Shown here: one piece after another, positions 26,163 through 39,598 of the stretch
Numbering within the stretch: position 1 is the first letter of the stretch
How the letters are laid out: every line of letters begins with the position of its first letter
Assembly (NCBI RefSeq): GCF_001194135.2
Contig: NC_069000.1
Coordinates: forward strand, 20,019,648 to 20,073,970
DNA length: 54,323 nt
DNA from: Octopus bimaculoides
Taxonomy: Eukaryota
Direction: 5' to 3'
Notes under the pieces: generated by a model
Databases searched by the model: none
What the model saw: only the letters and a program-made list of their open reading frames with translations
What the model was told of the DNA's origin: nothing
Translations under genes and position numbers: made by a program

Positions 26163-27521
26163 AAATATAAAGCAAGGATATTGGCATGCAGTTTAGGGTA
26201 AATAACTGCGTAGTGTTAATTATGAAGAGAGATCAGAAGATAATTTCTGATGGCATAAAATTACCACAGGGCAACATCATTAGATCGTTGTGATATAATG
26301 AATGATACAAATATCCAGGCGTGCTGCAAGGCGAAAGGATAATAGGATGGAGAACTGAGAGAGAAAATCTCGAAAGTGTACAAAAGAATAACTCGGAGGT
26401 TGCTTGAAACAAGATTAAATGGAGGTAATATCATTAAAGCAATAAATACAGGGGCTGTACCAGTATTAACATACTCTGCCTCCTTCATAAAATGGACAAA
26501 GATCGAGCTATAGAACTAGGCAGATGTTCATAACGAGCACCACTCTAACAGTAAGACCGATAGAGTCTACCTACCAAAAAAGGAAGGAGGCAGAGGTACA
26601 CTATTCGCAAATGACAACGTTAGTACTACAATATTAGAGTTGAAAAATTATGCTGTAGGAGTGAAGAAAGAATACTATCGGTAGTTAGAGATGTTGAAAA
26701 AGTTACTGAAACAGCAGAAGAATTCAAGAATAAAGGGAAGAACAAGAGGGAAAGTCGGGGGGGGGGGAATGGAATTACATGGCCAATTCATGCAGCAAAC
26801 CGAGGACGCTGGACGTATAGAACGCTGGTTATGGTTGCCGGAGGAAAAGCTGAAAAGAGAGACAGAAGCGCTAAATATAGCGACTCAAGAAAAAAAGCCA
26901 TTAGGATAAATCTGATGAATAGGAAGATTGATAAATCATAGTCGGGAAGCAAATGCAGAATCTGCACAAAAGGAGGTGAAAGTATTCATCATCTCTTGAA
27001 TGAATGCAGTAAGCTAGCTTAAAAAGAGTGTAAGCGCAGGCATGACTGTGAAAGAAAAATAATGTGCATTGGGATGTTAGTCGAATGTATGACTTTGAAA
27101 TAACAGGAAAATGGTACGAACTCGACCCAGAGGCTATGGTAGAGAACAAGAATTACTGATATGATTATAGGCGACAAAATAAACAACGAATGCAAAATCG
27201 TTTAATAAAAGAGACGATGACAACGAGATTGGAAAGAAAAAAATTAGAAATAACAGGGGCTAGCCAGAAAGCTGAAGAGATCGTGGAAGACTATGACAAC
27301 AATTACACATGTGGTAAATGATGCACTTGGCATAACACCTAAGCTGCTACCTAAGAAACTGAAATGTATTCGAACTGAGATCCGCGTTGCTGAGCTGTAG
27401 AAAAATTCAGTTCTGTAATCTGCGAAACCTTAAGAAATATTCTTGAGATCTGAGGCGGTTTGTTGTCTCGAAGCCTCCAAGTAGCATTCCTGTAAATTAC
27501 ATTAGCAGGTAATTGCTTTGG
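26163..27521 (+). mobile_element. RLE retrotransposon fragment (RT thumb to 3' UTR type C)
   Basis: LLETRLNGGNIIKAINTGAVPVLTYS, LHGQF..LKRETEAL, CRICTKGGESIHHLLNEC; (TAA)n at the 5' side, (TAA)(CAA)n at the 3' side. Confidence 0.88.
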
Positions 27522-27549
27522 AATAATAAAAACAACAACAACAACAACA

Positions 27550-28760
27550 GTAATAGGGGCATAGAACTGCCAAACGGGGAGCGATTGGGAGACCCAGATG
27601 ATGATAGTTACAAGCTGGACAATGTCCTGCACTGCATATTTGAAGCGCCACAAACTTCTCTTGAAGACAAAACTCAACGTAAGGAACCTTGTGACTGTCA
27701 TCAACATATGAGCTATTGTTGTAGTCCGCTATAGTGCACTCATTCTGAAATGGACACGAGCGGAGATGGACCAACTCGATCGCACTAACCGAAAGAACAT
27801 GGTAATGCATGGTGCTCTCTTCCCTAAGGCGAACGTTCACATGCATCGTCAGTGAAAAAAGAAACATGGCAGAGTATTTGGTAAATAACGAACAAAACCT
27901 GCTACAGTATGCTGCTAATGCAGAAGGATTTACCAGCAATTGACTTGAAAGTGCTAATGAATACCGATAACGAATAGCCAACAAGAGAGAAGAGACTTTA
28001 CTCCGGATGGAATTACGTGGTCAGTTCCATCGTGAAACTAACAACTTAAAAAGACCAGGAAGCACTATGGAGGTGACTCACCAAGGATGACCTTAAAAAG
28101 AAGGCTGAAAACCTAATCATCGCTGCCCGGGACCAGGTATTGAATACCAAGCTCAGTGAGAAGGGATATATACCACCACACAAGAGCAACTACCCTCAGC
28201 AGAATGTGTAGGAAGAAGGTCGAAAGCATGATTCACATTGTTAGACCTTGTGAAAGTCTTGCGCGCAGAAAGAGTACAAAAGCAGACACGACAAGGCAGT
28301 CCAAAACCTTCACTGGCTACTATACCGTAAGCATGGATACGAGGTAACGGACGCTTGGTGGCAACATACACCAGAATAGGTTATGAACGAGAACGGGACT
28401 TTGACTTCCTCAGGGACTTTGACTTCCTCAGGGACTTTGACTTCCAGACATACAAGGTGTTAGAATACCGAAGGCCGGATATAGTAACCTTTAGGAGGGA
28501 CAAACAAAAGCGCCTACTACTCGACGTAGCAGTGCCAGAAGATTAACGTATTATCATGAAAGAACGAGAAGCGATTGATAAATATAGAGACCTGAGAATT
28601 GAGATCGCCAAGATGTTGCAGCTACGAGAGTCAAATATAAAGGTTGTCCCTATTGTTATTGGAACATTGGGTTCTATATCTCCCAACCTGAAGAAACATC
28701 TGAAAACAATCTAAGTGTATTGCAAAAATTGGCTTTACATGGAAATGCACACATACTAAA
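27550..28760 (+). mobile_element. RLE retrotransposon fragment, type H, 3' UTR missing
   Basis: LLKTKLNVRNL..VRYSALILKWT, CRMCRKKVESMIHIVRPC, RPDIV..LLLDVAVPED, PIVIGTLG; ends GNAHIL at the (GAA)n tract. Confidence 0.88.
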
Positions 28761-28761
28761 T

Positions 28762-28909
28762 GAAGAAGAAGCAGAAGAAGAAGAAGAAGAAGAAGGAGGA
28801 GGAGGAAGAGGAGGAGGAGGAGGAGGAGGAGAGAAGAGGAGAAGAAGAAGAAGAAGAAGAAGAAGAAGAAGAAGAAGAAGAAGAAGAAGAAGAAGAAGAA
28901 GAAGAAGAA
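28762..28909. repeat. (GAA)n(GGA)n(GAA)n purine tract
   Basis: Read directly. Confidence 0.95.
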
Positions 28910-29424
28910 CTTTTCAAGTGAGTTCATGCATAATGCCCAGGTTGAACAGCATGACAACGAAGGGTAATCGACCAGACATAATAAAGACAGGGAAGAAAAT
29001 ACTTGTACGCTAATAGATGTAAGTGTTTCTGCTGATAAAAATATATCTATCAAGGAATTTGACAAACTAAGTAAATATTAGGACCTGGAAGTTGAAATAC
29101 AAAAGATGTGGCATCTTAAAACGAGAATTGATCCTGTTATTGTAAGTGCCCTAGTTATGATACGAGATGTCAGAAACATCTAGATAAGATCCCAGGAGAA
29201 CCATGACTCAGAGAAACCGAAAAGATTGTACTAACAAGTACTGCCCACATCCATAGAAAAACCCTGTCAATTTAAATGTCTGTGTTCTACTACATGAAGT
29301 TATATCTCTCTACTTCCCCTCTCCGAGTTTTCAGCCATCCTGTAACATCTCTTATCCGTCATTCGCTTCAGGGCACTGGGCGTTTCTCGGTAAGTGACTG
29401 TAACAAAAATGCTGATTAAAAGTA
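28910..29424 (+). mobile_element. RLE retrotransposon 3' fragment, 3' UTR type D
   Basis: KGNRPDI..CTLIDVSVSADKNISIKEFDKLSKY*DLEVEIQKMWHL; ends in (TAA)n. Confidence 0.88.
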
Positions 29425-29471
<47 letters not shown>

Positions 29472-29517
29472 GGATGATGATATGATGACGATGATGATGA
29501 TGATGATGATGATGATA

Positions 29518-30049
29518 AATGCTCTGATGCAAGACCAGGCATTAGCTCTCATGGCTTCTGCTCTTAACTGATTGGATGTGTTAACATGTACGTTGTTTTG
29601 TCTTGTATAAAAGATGGGCTACAGCAAATATTCTGCTCAATATCACAGATTTGCTCGTCAGTTGTTTGACCATGACCAGCTGAGCGTGTTCCTTAGTGGC
29701 TGAGTGTATGCGCATCGCTGATCACGAGCAGGAGTGGTGGGGGAGCATCATAGCCATGTGTTGAGAGGAATTAGTTGGGATTTGAATAACTGACATCTGG
29801 AAACATTCTCAAACAACCCTTATTCATGGATCTTTTGAGCAGAATGGACTACTCGATCTAAACAAATTCTAACTGGGCCCCCACTTGCAAGGTCATTCTC
29901 TGTTTATTTGATATGAGATCACCATGTCGCCTGCGCACGGTTACATGTGTCTGGTGTACCCTTATCAGACAGGTAGTCATGATGGGTATGTTGGGTTTTG
30001 TATATTTTACCCCAGTGTCACTTTGACGGCATGCACCGCTCTCTCACTC
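29518..30049 (+). mobile_element. ~550-bp non-coding TAA-flanked interspersed element
   Basis: Collinear with the reverse complement of 44605-45160; (GAT/TAA)n at the 5' side and (AAT/AAC)n at the 3' side; no ORF and no obvious tRNA head. Confidence 0.85.
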
Positions 30050-30173
30050 AATAATAACAACAGCAACAACAACAACAATAATAATAATAATAATAATAAT
30101 GATAATAATAATAATAATAATGATAATAATAATAATAATAATGATGATGATGATGATGATAATGATGATGATG

Positions 30174-30663
30174 ATTTCTTTTATTTGCTACCAGAGCGAA
30201 GGATGAGGGGTACAGTACAAAGACGGGTGTAAAGTGTGTGGGTTTACATATAATAGAATGATGACAGACAAATTAGAGAAAAGTATACACGGTATATATT
30301 AGAATGGAAGTATACGTAGTATACGACACTAGAAGAAGAGGGAGAAAAGTGATAATGAAGGGGTACCCCTGATACAGGTGGACCTTTAGGGATAATCGAG
30401 GAACCCAACCATCCAAGATGACCTTGAATACCAAAGGACTAGTGCCCTCTCCAACTCCTTTCTCCCGACTCACAGGTCTACACTGAGAGTGGTACTATGC
30501 ACTCTTGCCATTTTCGCAACTTTCACCAACCTAATCATAAATTCTCTGGAGAACTGCGCCTCCCTCGCTACCTTCACTTTCCTTTTCAAGTGAAACTTGA
30601 AAAAGTCGCTCAGGGCGATAACTGGGGATTAAAAAGTTGTTATTCCTGAAAATGATCGTAGAA
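30174..30663 (-). mobile_element. Tx1-clade 3' end, cut by a gap
   Basis: Reads DFFKFHLKRKVKV..; the 3' UTR is shared with 49710-49830; terminus AATAAAAGAAAT followed by (CAT/TAT)n. Confidence 0.8.
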
Positions 30664-31590
30664 NNNNNNNNNNNNNNNNNNNNNNNNNNNNNNNNNNNNN
30701 NNNNNNNNNNNNNNNNNNNNNNNNNNNNNNNNNNNNNNNNNNNNNNNNNNNNNNNNNNNNNNNNNNNNNNNNNNNNNNNNNNNNNNNNNNNNNNNNNNNN
30801 NNNNNNNNNNNNNNNNNNNNNNNNNNNNNNNNNNNNNNNNNNNNNNNNNNNNNNNNNNNNNNNNNNNNNNNNNNNNNNNNNNNNNNNNNNNNNNNNNNNN
30901 NNNNNNNNNNNNNNNNNNNNNNNNNNNNNNNNNNNNNNNNNNNNNNNNNNNNNNNNNNNNNNNNNNNNNNNNNNNNNNNNNNNNNNNNNNNNNNNNNNNN
31001 NNNNNNNNNNNNNNNNNNNNNNNNNNNNNNNNNNNNNNNNNNNNNNNNNNNNNNNNNNNNNNNNNNNNNNNNNNNNNNNNNNNNNNNNNNNNNNNNNNNN
31101 NNNNNNNNNNNNNNNNNNNNNNNNNNNNNNNNNNNNNNNNNNNNNNNNNNNNNNNNNNNNNNNNNNNNNNNNNNNNNNNNNNNNNNNNNNNNNNNNNNNN
31201 NNNNNNNNNNNNNNNNNNNNNNNNNNNNNNNNNNNNNNNNNNNNNNNNNNNNNNNNNNNNNNNNNNNNNNNNNNNNNNNNNNNNNNNNNNNNNNNNNNNN
31301 NNNNNNNNNNNNNNNNNNNNNNNNNNNNNNNNNNNNNNNNNNNNNNNNNNNNNNNNNNNNNNNNNNNNNNNNNNNNNNNNNNNNNNNNNNNNNNNNNNNN
31401 NNNNNNNNNNNNNNNNNNNNNNNNNNNNNNNNNNNNNNNNNNNNNNNNNNNNNNNNNNNNNNNNNNNNNNNNNNNNNNNNNNNNNNNNNNNNNNNNNNNN
31501 NNNNNNNNNNNNNNNNNNNNNNNNNNNNNNNNNNNNNNNNNNNNNNNNNNNNNNNNNNNNNNNNNNNNNNNNNNNNNNNNNNNNNNNNNN

Positions 31591-31656
<66 letters not shown>

Positions 31657-31859
31657 GGTAAAGAAATACCTAATATTATTATTGTTGTTGTTGTTGTTAT
31701 TATTATTATTATTATTAAAAGGAGTAAGGCAAACATTAAATATGGCCTCAATTGAGTACCTGCAAATATCTGATAGCATATTACATTCCTGATTACTGAA
31801 GATTCTCTTTATAAATTAAATAGTCTCAGTACTTAATACATCGCTCATGTTATACATGA

Positions 31860-32230
31860 AAATGGAAGGCGACAATATTATTGCAAGGAAACTACATTAT
31901 CCCTCTACGTGTAAGGATCTTACTGACAGGCTTTTAATCTCAGCTTCTAAGATTATACCTAGTTCCGACTCCATTAAGAATTCCACCGAATGAAGCCACC
32001 AATGGCTTTAAATGCTACGAACGATAAACCATCTATTTCATATGTATGACTTAAAATAATTACAAGAATTTAATATCCAGTTAAAAATCTACCAAGACTT
32101 GTCCTCAATTTAACAAAATAAAATCAGTTCTGGATGAGACAAATGTGCCAAAACTATAAAAGAAGTGGCAAATTAAATAAAATCGAGATCATTAAATTAG
32201 AAACGGACACGAATATCAAAGAATCAGACA
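31860..32230 (+). mobile_element. Ancient RLE RT remnant
   Basis: INHLFHMYDLK (decayed YMDD) followed by G*DKCAK..SGK..IKLETDTNIKE. Confidence 0.5.
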
Positions 32231-33289
32231 AAACACTCTCTTACATATATATGTAAGTGATTATGAAACACGAAAATGAAGGAAAAACTCCCGAGTAAAT
32301 TAGGGGAAAATTAGGAATGAGTACGAGAGAAAAGTCAGGCAAAATATTAAAAGCTGGACTCATTGCTAGAAAAAGATAATCGTGTAATAATTCTGTTTGT
32401 TCCTCTGTTACTTAGCCCATCCGTAACGCCTCCACATGATTAGTTGAAGGGGAAGGGGAAGGATGGAGATTGGGAGTGGGTGGAAGTATTTTACCAAGTT
32501 ACTTAGCCTGTCTGTAAAGCTTTCATGTTGAAGGAAAAGGCGAAGAGCTAAAGAAAAGTGAGAGAGAAAAAGAGGGTAAGGCGAATAGTGAGAGAGAATG
32601 CTGTGTATTAAGTCTATAAAATTATGCATAAAGTGTATAAAATGTATATATATAAAGTGCATTAAGTAATCATTGTATTCAAATTTCCTTCACTTTTCAA
32701 TGATTAGCAGATGAGTGATTATCTTTTGATACAGACACAACACAGTCAACGCTTTTAGGATTTTGGGATAAAATTTTCAGAAATAATCCAATAAGTTTAC
32801 CATTAATTGCGTGAAATATTCACAGGTCTCGGTAGTAGGTATAAATTAACTAGCTAGCTTAATTGTAAACCATGGCTTTAAAATGATAAAGTAAAAGTTA
32901 AGTGAATTAAAGAACTTAAACGAAAACCAGCAAACTACGAACAGCGTTTCAAAGTCACGACACTGAAGTTGTTGCAGATAGAATACCCCTTGTCCGTAGA
33001 TAGCTATGAGGAACATGACTCAAATACAAAACTAGTACAAAGTAACAACACTCAGTAGAAAAATATTCAAAAGCAGCAAAGGGAAATTGATTAGTGTGGA
33101 AGAAAGATAAGGAAATAAAAAAAGGCAACTCTTTCTTTATACGTGGGAACAATAAAATACTAACTGGAAACTAACAGCGTTGGAAAAATTATTTAAATAA
33201 AGAGAAAACAAGAGTGACTGTAACCTCACCTCTTCAAAAAGAAACGAAAACAAAATGAAAATAGAATTCCAAACTATACTTAAGAAAAA

Positions 33290-33540
33290 ACTATTGCCTG
33301 ACCAATATACCGTAAGACTCGATAACAGCAAAATAAACCAGTATGAAAGTAACAATGGTTCAAAAGCTCTGAAATAAACAGAGAAACAGGTTTGATTTTA
33401 GCATGACAAGAGTAATGTTTAACTACAAATAACTAAACAAGCAGTACAATGTTACAATTGACCACATCATCTCCAGCTGCCTAGTCCTTTCCGAGTTTGA
33501 GTATGTACACAAACACGATTTTACAATTTCGATACTCTGC
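33290..33540 (+). mobile_element. Ancient RLE zinc-knuckle-region remnant
   Basis: Similar to 48350-48640 (CAAAAGCTCTG..GAAACAG..TTGACCACATCATCTC..GCTG). Confidence 0.55.
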
Positions 33541-34058
33541 CCTATACCAGCAACAACTCGAACAACATATATTAACACAACACATAGCACATCCCACCCG
33601 CTACACAATCACTTTGTCAAATTAAAACACACATCACTAATCATACATCACATGCAAAGCACAAATACCATCAAACCAAAATAGCCACAACTCACATTGT
33701 ACATATTCTATATACACCGTAGACGAAACACTAAAATATCTCCAGAATCAACAAAAATCCCACAAAAACTAATGTATTATTCAAACACCATTCATACATC
33801 CTCAATAGACAATATTGCATACACCTCCCAGGAACATGTATGTGCAAAGTAAACTTGTATGAAACTATTGAAAACATGATGATAATGACGTTGATGATGA
33901 TGATGATAATGGTGGTGGTAGTGGTGGTGGTGGTGGTGGTGGTGGTGATGATGATGATGATGGTGGTGATGATGATTCTGTTTCACACGATTCTGTTTAT
34001 TTATTTTATATTTTTATTTATTTTATTTATTTATACTTTTTTTTTTCTTTTGTTTTAG

Positions 34059-34319
34059 ATTCGCTTAGTTTCTTAGAAGACATTTCATCATGGTCATGTG
34101 ACTGATAAAATTCGCAAAACGCTATTTGAATCGAAATTCTGGACTCGGTGATGGCTTATAAAATGGTTGCTCGGTGGTGATATGAAGCGAATATCCGAGA
34201 AGCGGCATCAATAGACAATCGACGAAGCCGCTGGACAGTTAAGATTCCAGCTGGAACTATCAGAGAGGTGATGCCAATACAACGATTGTGTGTACGTAGC
34301 CGTATTTCTATATAAGTTG
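34059..34319 (+). other. Candidate non-coding internal exon (261 nt)
   Basis: Acceptor TTTTTTTTTTCTTTTGTTTTAG and donor TTG|GTAAGT; CpG-richer unique sequence; stops in all three frames. Confidence 0.4.
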
Positions 34320-34601
34320 GTAAGTATACCCATGTGTGCATGTATCAATGTGTGAGTATGTCCATATTCGTATATATGTATGTGTGTGTATGCAAGACTG
34401 CGTGTTTGCATCTCTCTACAGACCTCACCCAATTCATTTGGATAGTATTTCGAAGTCAGTTCTTCAAAGTCGGTTCTTACAATAAAGAAATGAGTTTGAT
34501 TAAGAGCAAACAAAAAAGGAAGGTAAGTGGAAACGAGATAGATTGAAAAAGTTATAAACATAACGATATTGACAGAAAGCATCATTATATATGTATTTTT
34601 A

Positions 34602-34783
34602 CCCCCACTTAAACGTGGATGTTCTACTAGAGCAACCTTTACTGCGGTAGTTAGCGAGAGAGAAACTCTCATACTGGCTTTTCGGTGCAGCATTTTGCAC
34701 CAATAAGCCAATAGGAGAGTGTCTCTCTTGTTAAGTACCGTAGTAAAGTTTGCTCTGGTAGAACATCCACGTTTAAGTGGAGA
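34602..34783. mobile_element. Fold-back MITE-like element with apparent TA target-site duplication
   Basis: 84-nt arms (34605-34688 and 34697-34780), about 11 mismatches, 8-nt loop; TA at 34600-34601 and 34784-34785. Confidence 0.7.
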
Positions 34784-34831
34784 TAAGCATTTCTTTTTTC
34801 GTATTAATCCATTAATACGACCTCTGTCACC

Positions 34832-34886
<55 letters not shown>

Positions 34887-34912
34887 CTAGAGAGATAGAT
34901 AGATAGATAGAC

Positions 34913-34975
<63 letters not shown>

Positions 34976-35419
34976 TGTAGATAGATAGATAGATATGTAC
35001 ACACACAGATATACATGTAATTATGAATGTATATACACACATACATACACACAAACATACAATCACACACGCACACAGCACACACATACTCACACATACG
35101 CGCTCATAAATGCATATTCATTAAATATGCTCAGTATGGAAGTGGAAAGACCATAGTTCAATCGAGGAGCTCAGTACGGGTGTTGGACAGACTTAATATA
35201 CTTATTAGGAGCGAATGGTTCTGCGGTGAAATCTTTCATTTCACGTGTTCAGCTTCTTAACTTTCATTCTTTTGTTTATCTATTTGTTTTGGATTCTTTT
35301 CCCTTGCTTTCTGCACACATCTCACATACACATACACACTAGCACTAGAATCAAACACAAACCAGAATATTTTCATTATCCAAAATTCACACCATACACA
35401 CCATGCACAGAGTAACTGC

Positions 35420-35500
35420 AATTTTCGGCGAGCCAACGTGACCGCCATCCAAATATGTTCGGAACTTATACGCATGCGCACAGAGTACGCTTCGGGAGAT
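35420..35500. promoter_or_regulatory. Candidate promoter-like CpG cluster
   Basis: ACGCATGCGCA (NRF1-like, 35470-35480) and CCGCCAT (YY1-like, 35442-35448) in non-repetitive sequence. Confidence 0.25.
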
Positions 35501-36468
35501 CTGAGTTCAGCAATCAATAATCAATGGATCCGTGAATGGACATGCTCTCAGTAAGGCCTTTAGCTTGTAATAAATACACTCATATATAAACACAAATATA
35601 AACGCAAAATACATTAAGTACGAATATTAATATTAAAGTAAATAATAATTTACCCCTGCTAAAAAGCTTTATTTTTATTGCAAACTGTAACTCATTAATA
35701 AAGGAAAGAAATCTTTCACATAAAGCTTTTGGCTATTTTATGATAATAGTAGACTGGTAATAAAGTTGTTATTTTATCTACCAATGTTGCAGCATGCAAT
35801 TTAATCTGTCGAACACAAGCATAGATTGCACAATAAACACACAAGTTAAGTGTAATATTTATATGTACCGTAGAATACTTCACCAGTTTAAAAGACTAGG
35901 AGCTTAATACACGTATTTTGCAATGTATCTTCCATATATATTGATGTAATTGACATCGGGTTCAATACAGTAAAATAAGTTTTTAAAAAAATACAATCTA
36001 ATGTAGATACGAGGATATATTCGCAAAATAAACTGCATTTTACAAATATTCATACAATACTAGACCTCTTATCCGGTTGCCAGAAATACAGAAATACTAT
36101 GCAATATCATACAATATATTGTACTCTATGCGAAGTAAATACATCTTGATTTTGATGTTAGTTAATTTGCATAAGGTGAGTTCCCAAATAGTTTTGTTCC
36201 TTACTTTAAAAGATGATTGATAAAGATTAAACATACTCTGCTTTAAATTAGTGTTAGATAGTACCTGTACCTTTTAATAAAATTGTGTTATTTGTTTTTA
36301 CTTTTCTTCATTTAATTTTCATCCTTTATGTATTACAGTGTATACACGGTAGAGTGTAATATATTTTAAGAATCTTAAATGGGCTAGTAAATATTAAATA
36401 GACTCTAATTTGAATCTGTTAAATACAATTTACCCTTTCACTTTTCATAGTTTATTATATATTTTAAG

Positions 36469-36942
<474 letters not shown>

Positions 36943-37320
36943 ATATTTAGACTGTTTCCAGAAAGCCGGAGAATTCAGAAGACCGAGACACCTCCTGTTT
37001 CAAGCTTACCAGGAAATTTGTTCGGTGCATTAAAATATCAATTCACTCAAAAACTGCATTGCGTTGGGATTACTGTCAGTGAAGAAAAGTGCAGTGTACA
37101 TAGAGAAGATGTTAAATACAGATTTCGGCTATACCAATGTATCAGCACTGAAGTAATATGGCAGCTTGTTATGTACATTGTTGTTACTTCTGGATAATTG
37201 AATATTTTCGGCAACAAGTATGAAATGTGGTAGACGTACATAACTCATGTACAATGTGTTTAATATAGAGAGTTCGCTACCGGTTTAACATCTAATCCAT
37301 TGTTTGTATACATCTCTTTC

Positions 37321-37370
37321 GTCTACTGATGAGATTGAGTTAGCAATCGAAACAACGTACTGCGTCTTGG
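37321..37370 (+). ncRNA. Degenerate hammerhead ribozyme motif
   Basis: CTGATGA-GATTG-AGTTAG-CAATC-GAAAC..GTC: perfect core and helix II, weak helices I and III. Confidence 0.45.
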
Positions 37371-37419
37371 ATAACTGATATATAAGTGTATGTATGTGCT
37401 TGTGTGTGTGTGTCTATAG

Positions 37420-37539
<120 letters not shown>

Positions 37540-38009
37540 ATACTGATATTTCTGTTCATTGTGTTTTGCAAGTATATCTGTGAATATACATGAAATAACT
37601 TTAAAATACTATTTGTGAAATAAATAGAAAAAAAAAAGACGCACTGAAAATATATAAGCATAAATATATTCTCTTTTGTTTGTTTTGGCGCAAAACGTAC
37701 AATGTTAAATAAACACAGTGTGGAAACAAATGTATGTTTCTTTTATGTAAGGAAAAGATCTAGATGTTTCGTGCACTCGGCCTTATGAACCACTACACTT
37801 ATCATTTTGACGCGAAAGAATAACCATGCGACGTACATTTAAATGCCCGAAAATTTAAAACCACACGGCAATGAGGTCTAAGGCACATACATTGTAAATT
37901 TGAATGGCACATACACATTCGTTTTATTTTTGTGTGTGTGTATGCATTGCTTGTTATGAGTAACGTTGTATTACGAAAGACTGGTCCTTCAGAATCATTT
38001 CTGTCACAT

Positions 38010-38018
38010 TCTATACAA

Positions 38019-38085
<67 letters not shown>

Positions 38086-38183
38086 TGATGATGATGATAA
38101 GAATAATAATAATGATAATAATAATAATAATAATAATTATTATTATTATTATTATCATTATTATGACGATGATGATGATGATG

Positions 38184-38218
<35 letters not shown>

Positions 38219-38221
38219 AAC

Positions 38222-38268
<47 letters not shown>
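38010..38268. repeat. Compound (TAA)(GAT)(TAA)(TTA)(GAT)(CAA)(TAA) microsatellite
   Basis: Read directly. Confidence 0.95.
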
Positions 38269-38269
<1 letters not shown>

Positions 38270-38395
38270 CCATAGTAATGGAATGAGCTTAACTAACAAC
38301 ATCGAACGATGCACCTTTCCAGGTGACTCCCTCTCCTCATTACTCTTTTGAATGGTACTGATTCCACTCTCAAACGAACTAAATAGCACGAAATC
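38270..38395 (+). mobile_element. RLE RT fragment joined to (TAA)n
   Basis: FPGDSLSSLLF*MVLIPLSNELNST (cf. FQGDSLSPLLF..L.PLS.ELN). Confidence 0.7.
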
Positions 38396-38640
38396 TTGCC
38401 TGGTATGGTTATGTACTCCACCACAACACCCTGACCAAAACCATTCTTTAAGTCACAGTCGAGGTAGGCCGAAAGGGAGGCAGAAAGAGAAACTCCTAGT
38501 TTGACAACATCAAAGACTGGACAAGTCACAACACAATGACCTTGCTATGCATGACAGAGAAAAGAGGCCAGTGGCAACAGCTGACCACGAAAGCATCTAC
38601 AGTGGCACCTCGAAGACTGGTTACATCAGGTAAGAGATCT
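38396..38640 (+). mobile_element. RTE-type LINE 3' end
   Basis: WYGYVLHHNTLTKTIL..GR..GRQK..DNIKDWT..APRRL. Confidence 0.65.
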
Positions 38641-39302
38641 CGATGCCCTTAGTAGAAAGGTTTATTTAACCAGCACTCTACTATGCAAAATTTACAACGT
38701 TAGTGAACACTTTCGCTCCTCTATAAATTCATTTTCTGCGAAATACTCCCTTATTAATAATTGTATTTTCTAGGAGAATACTTTCACTTTCACTTTTGAT
38801 ACGGTAAATACTTTACGCTAATGGGACAACAGCTAACACAGCAAGGAAAGGATTCAAGTTCCTTATGATTTATTAAATAGTATTCGCACTTCTCACTTAA
38901 TCAATATTCACTATGGAACAAAATCGAAGGCTTGTAGCAACTAAATAACGAATGAGACAATGCAAGCAAAGGACAAGAAGGAACATAGACAAAAGAAAAG
39001 AAAAAAGTTTGCGACAAAGTCAATCAATAAGATGAGCTAACATGACCGACCACAAGAGAGTGGGTTACCTACAATATCAAAGAAAACATGAACAAATACA
39101 AAGACAGATATTCTTTCTTCGTGCTTGTTCCGCCTCGAAAGGCAAAAGTGCAACTGAGTTGAGCAGTTCCATACAAAGCTTTCGGACTTTATGTAATACA
39201 TACAAAGCAGAAGTTTATGAACGTACATCTTTGAAAGAATGTGTAAATAAAACAAAAATTAACGAGCGGCTAGAAGCGACGCGTGGCTCTGACATCACCA
39301 CA

Positions 39303-39598
<296 letters not shown>

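Noticed and set aside
38774-38803. 30-nt micro-exon candidate ENTFTFTFDT
   Set aside because: Splice signals are moderate and such matches are expected by chance in AT-rich DNA.
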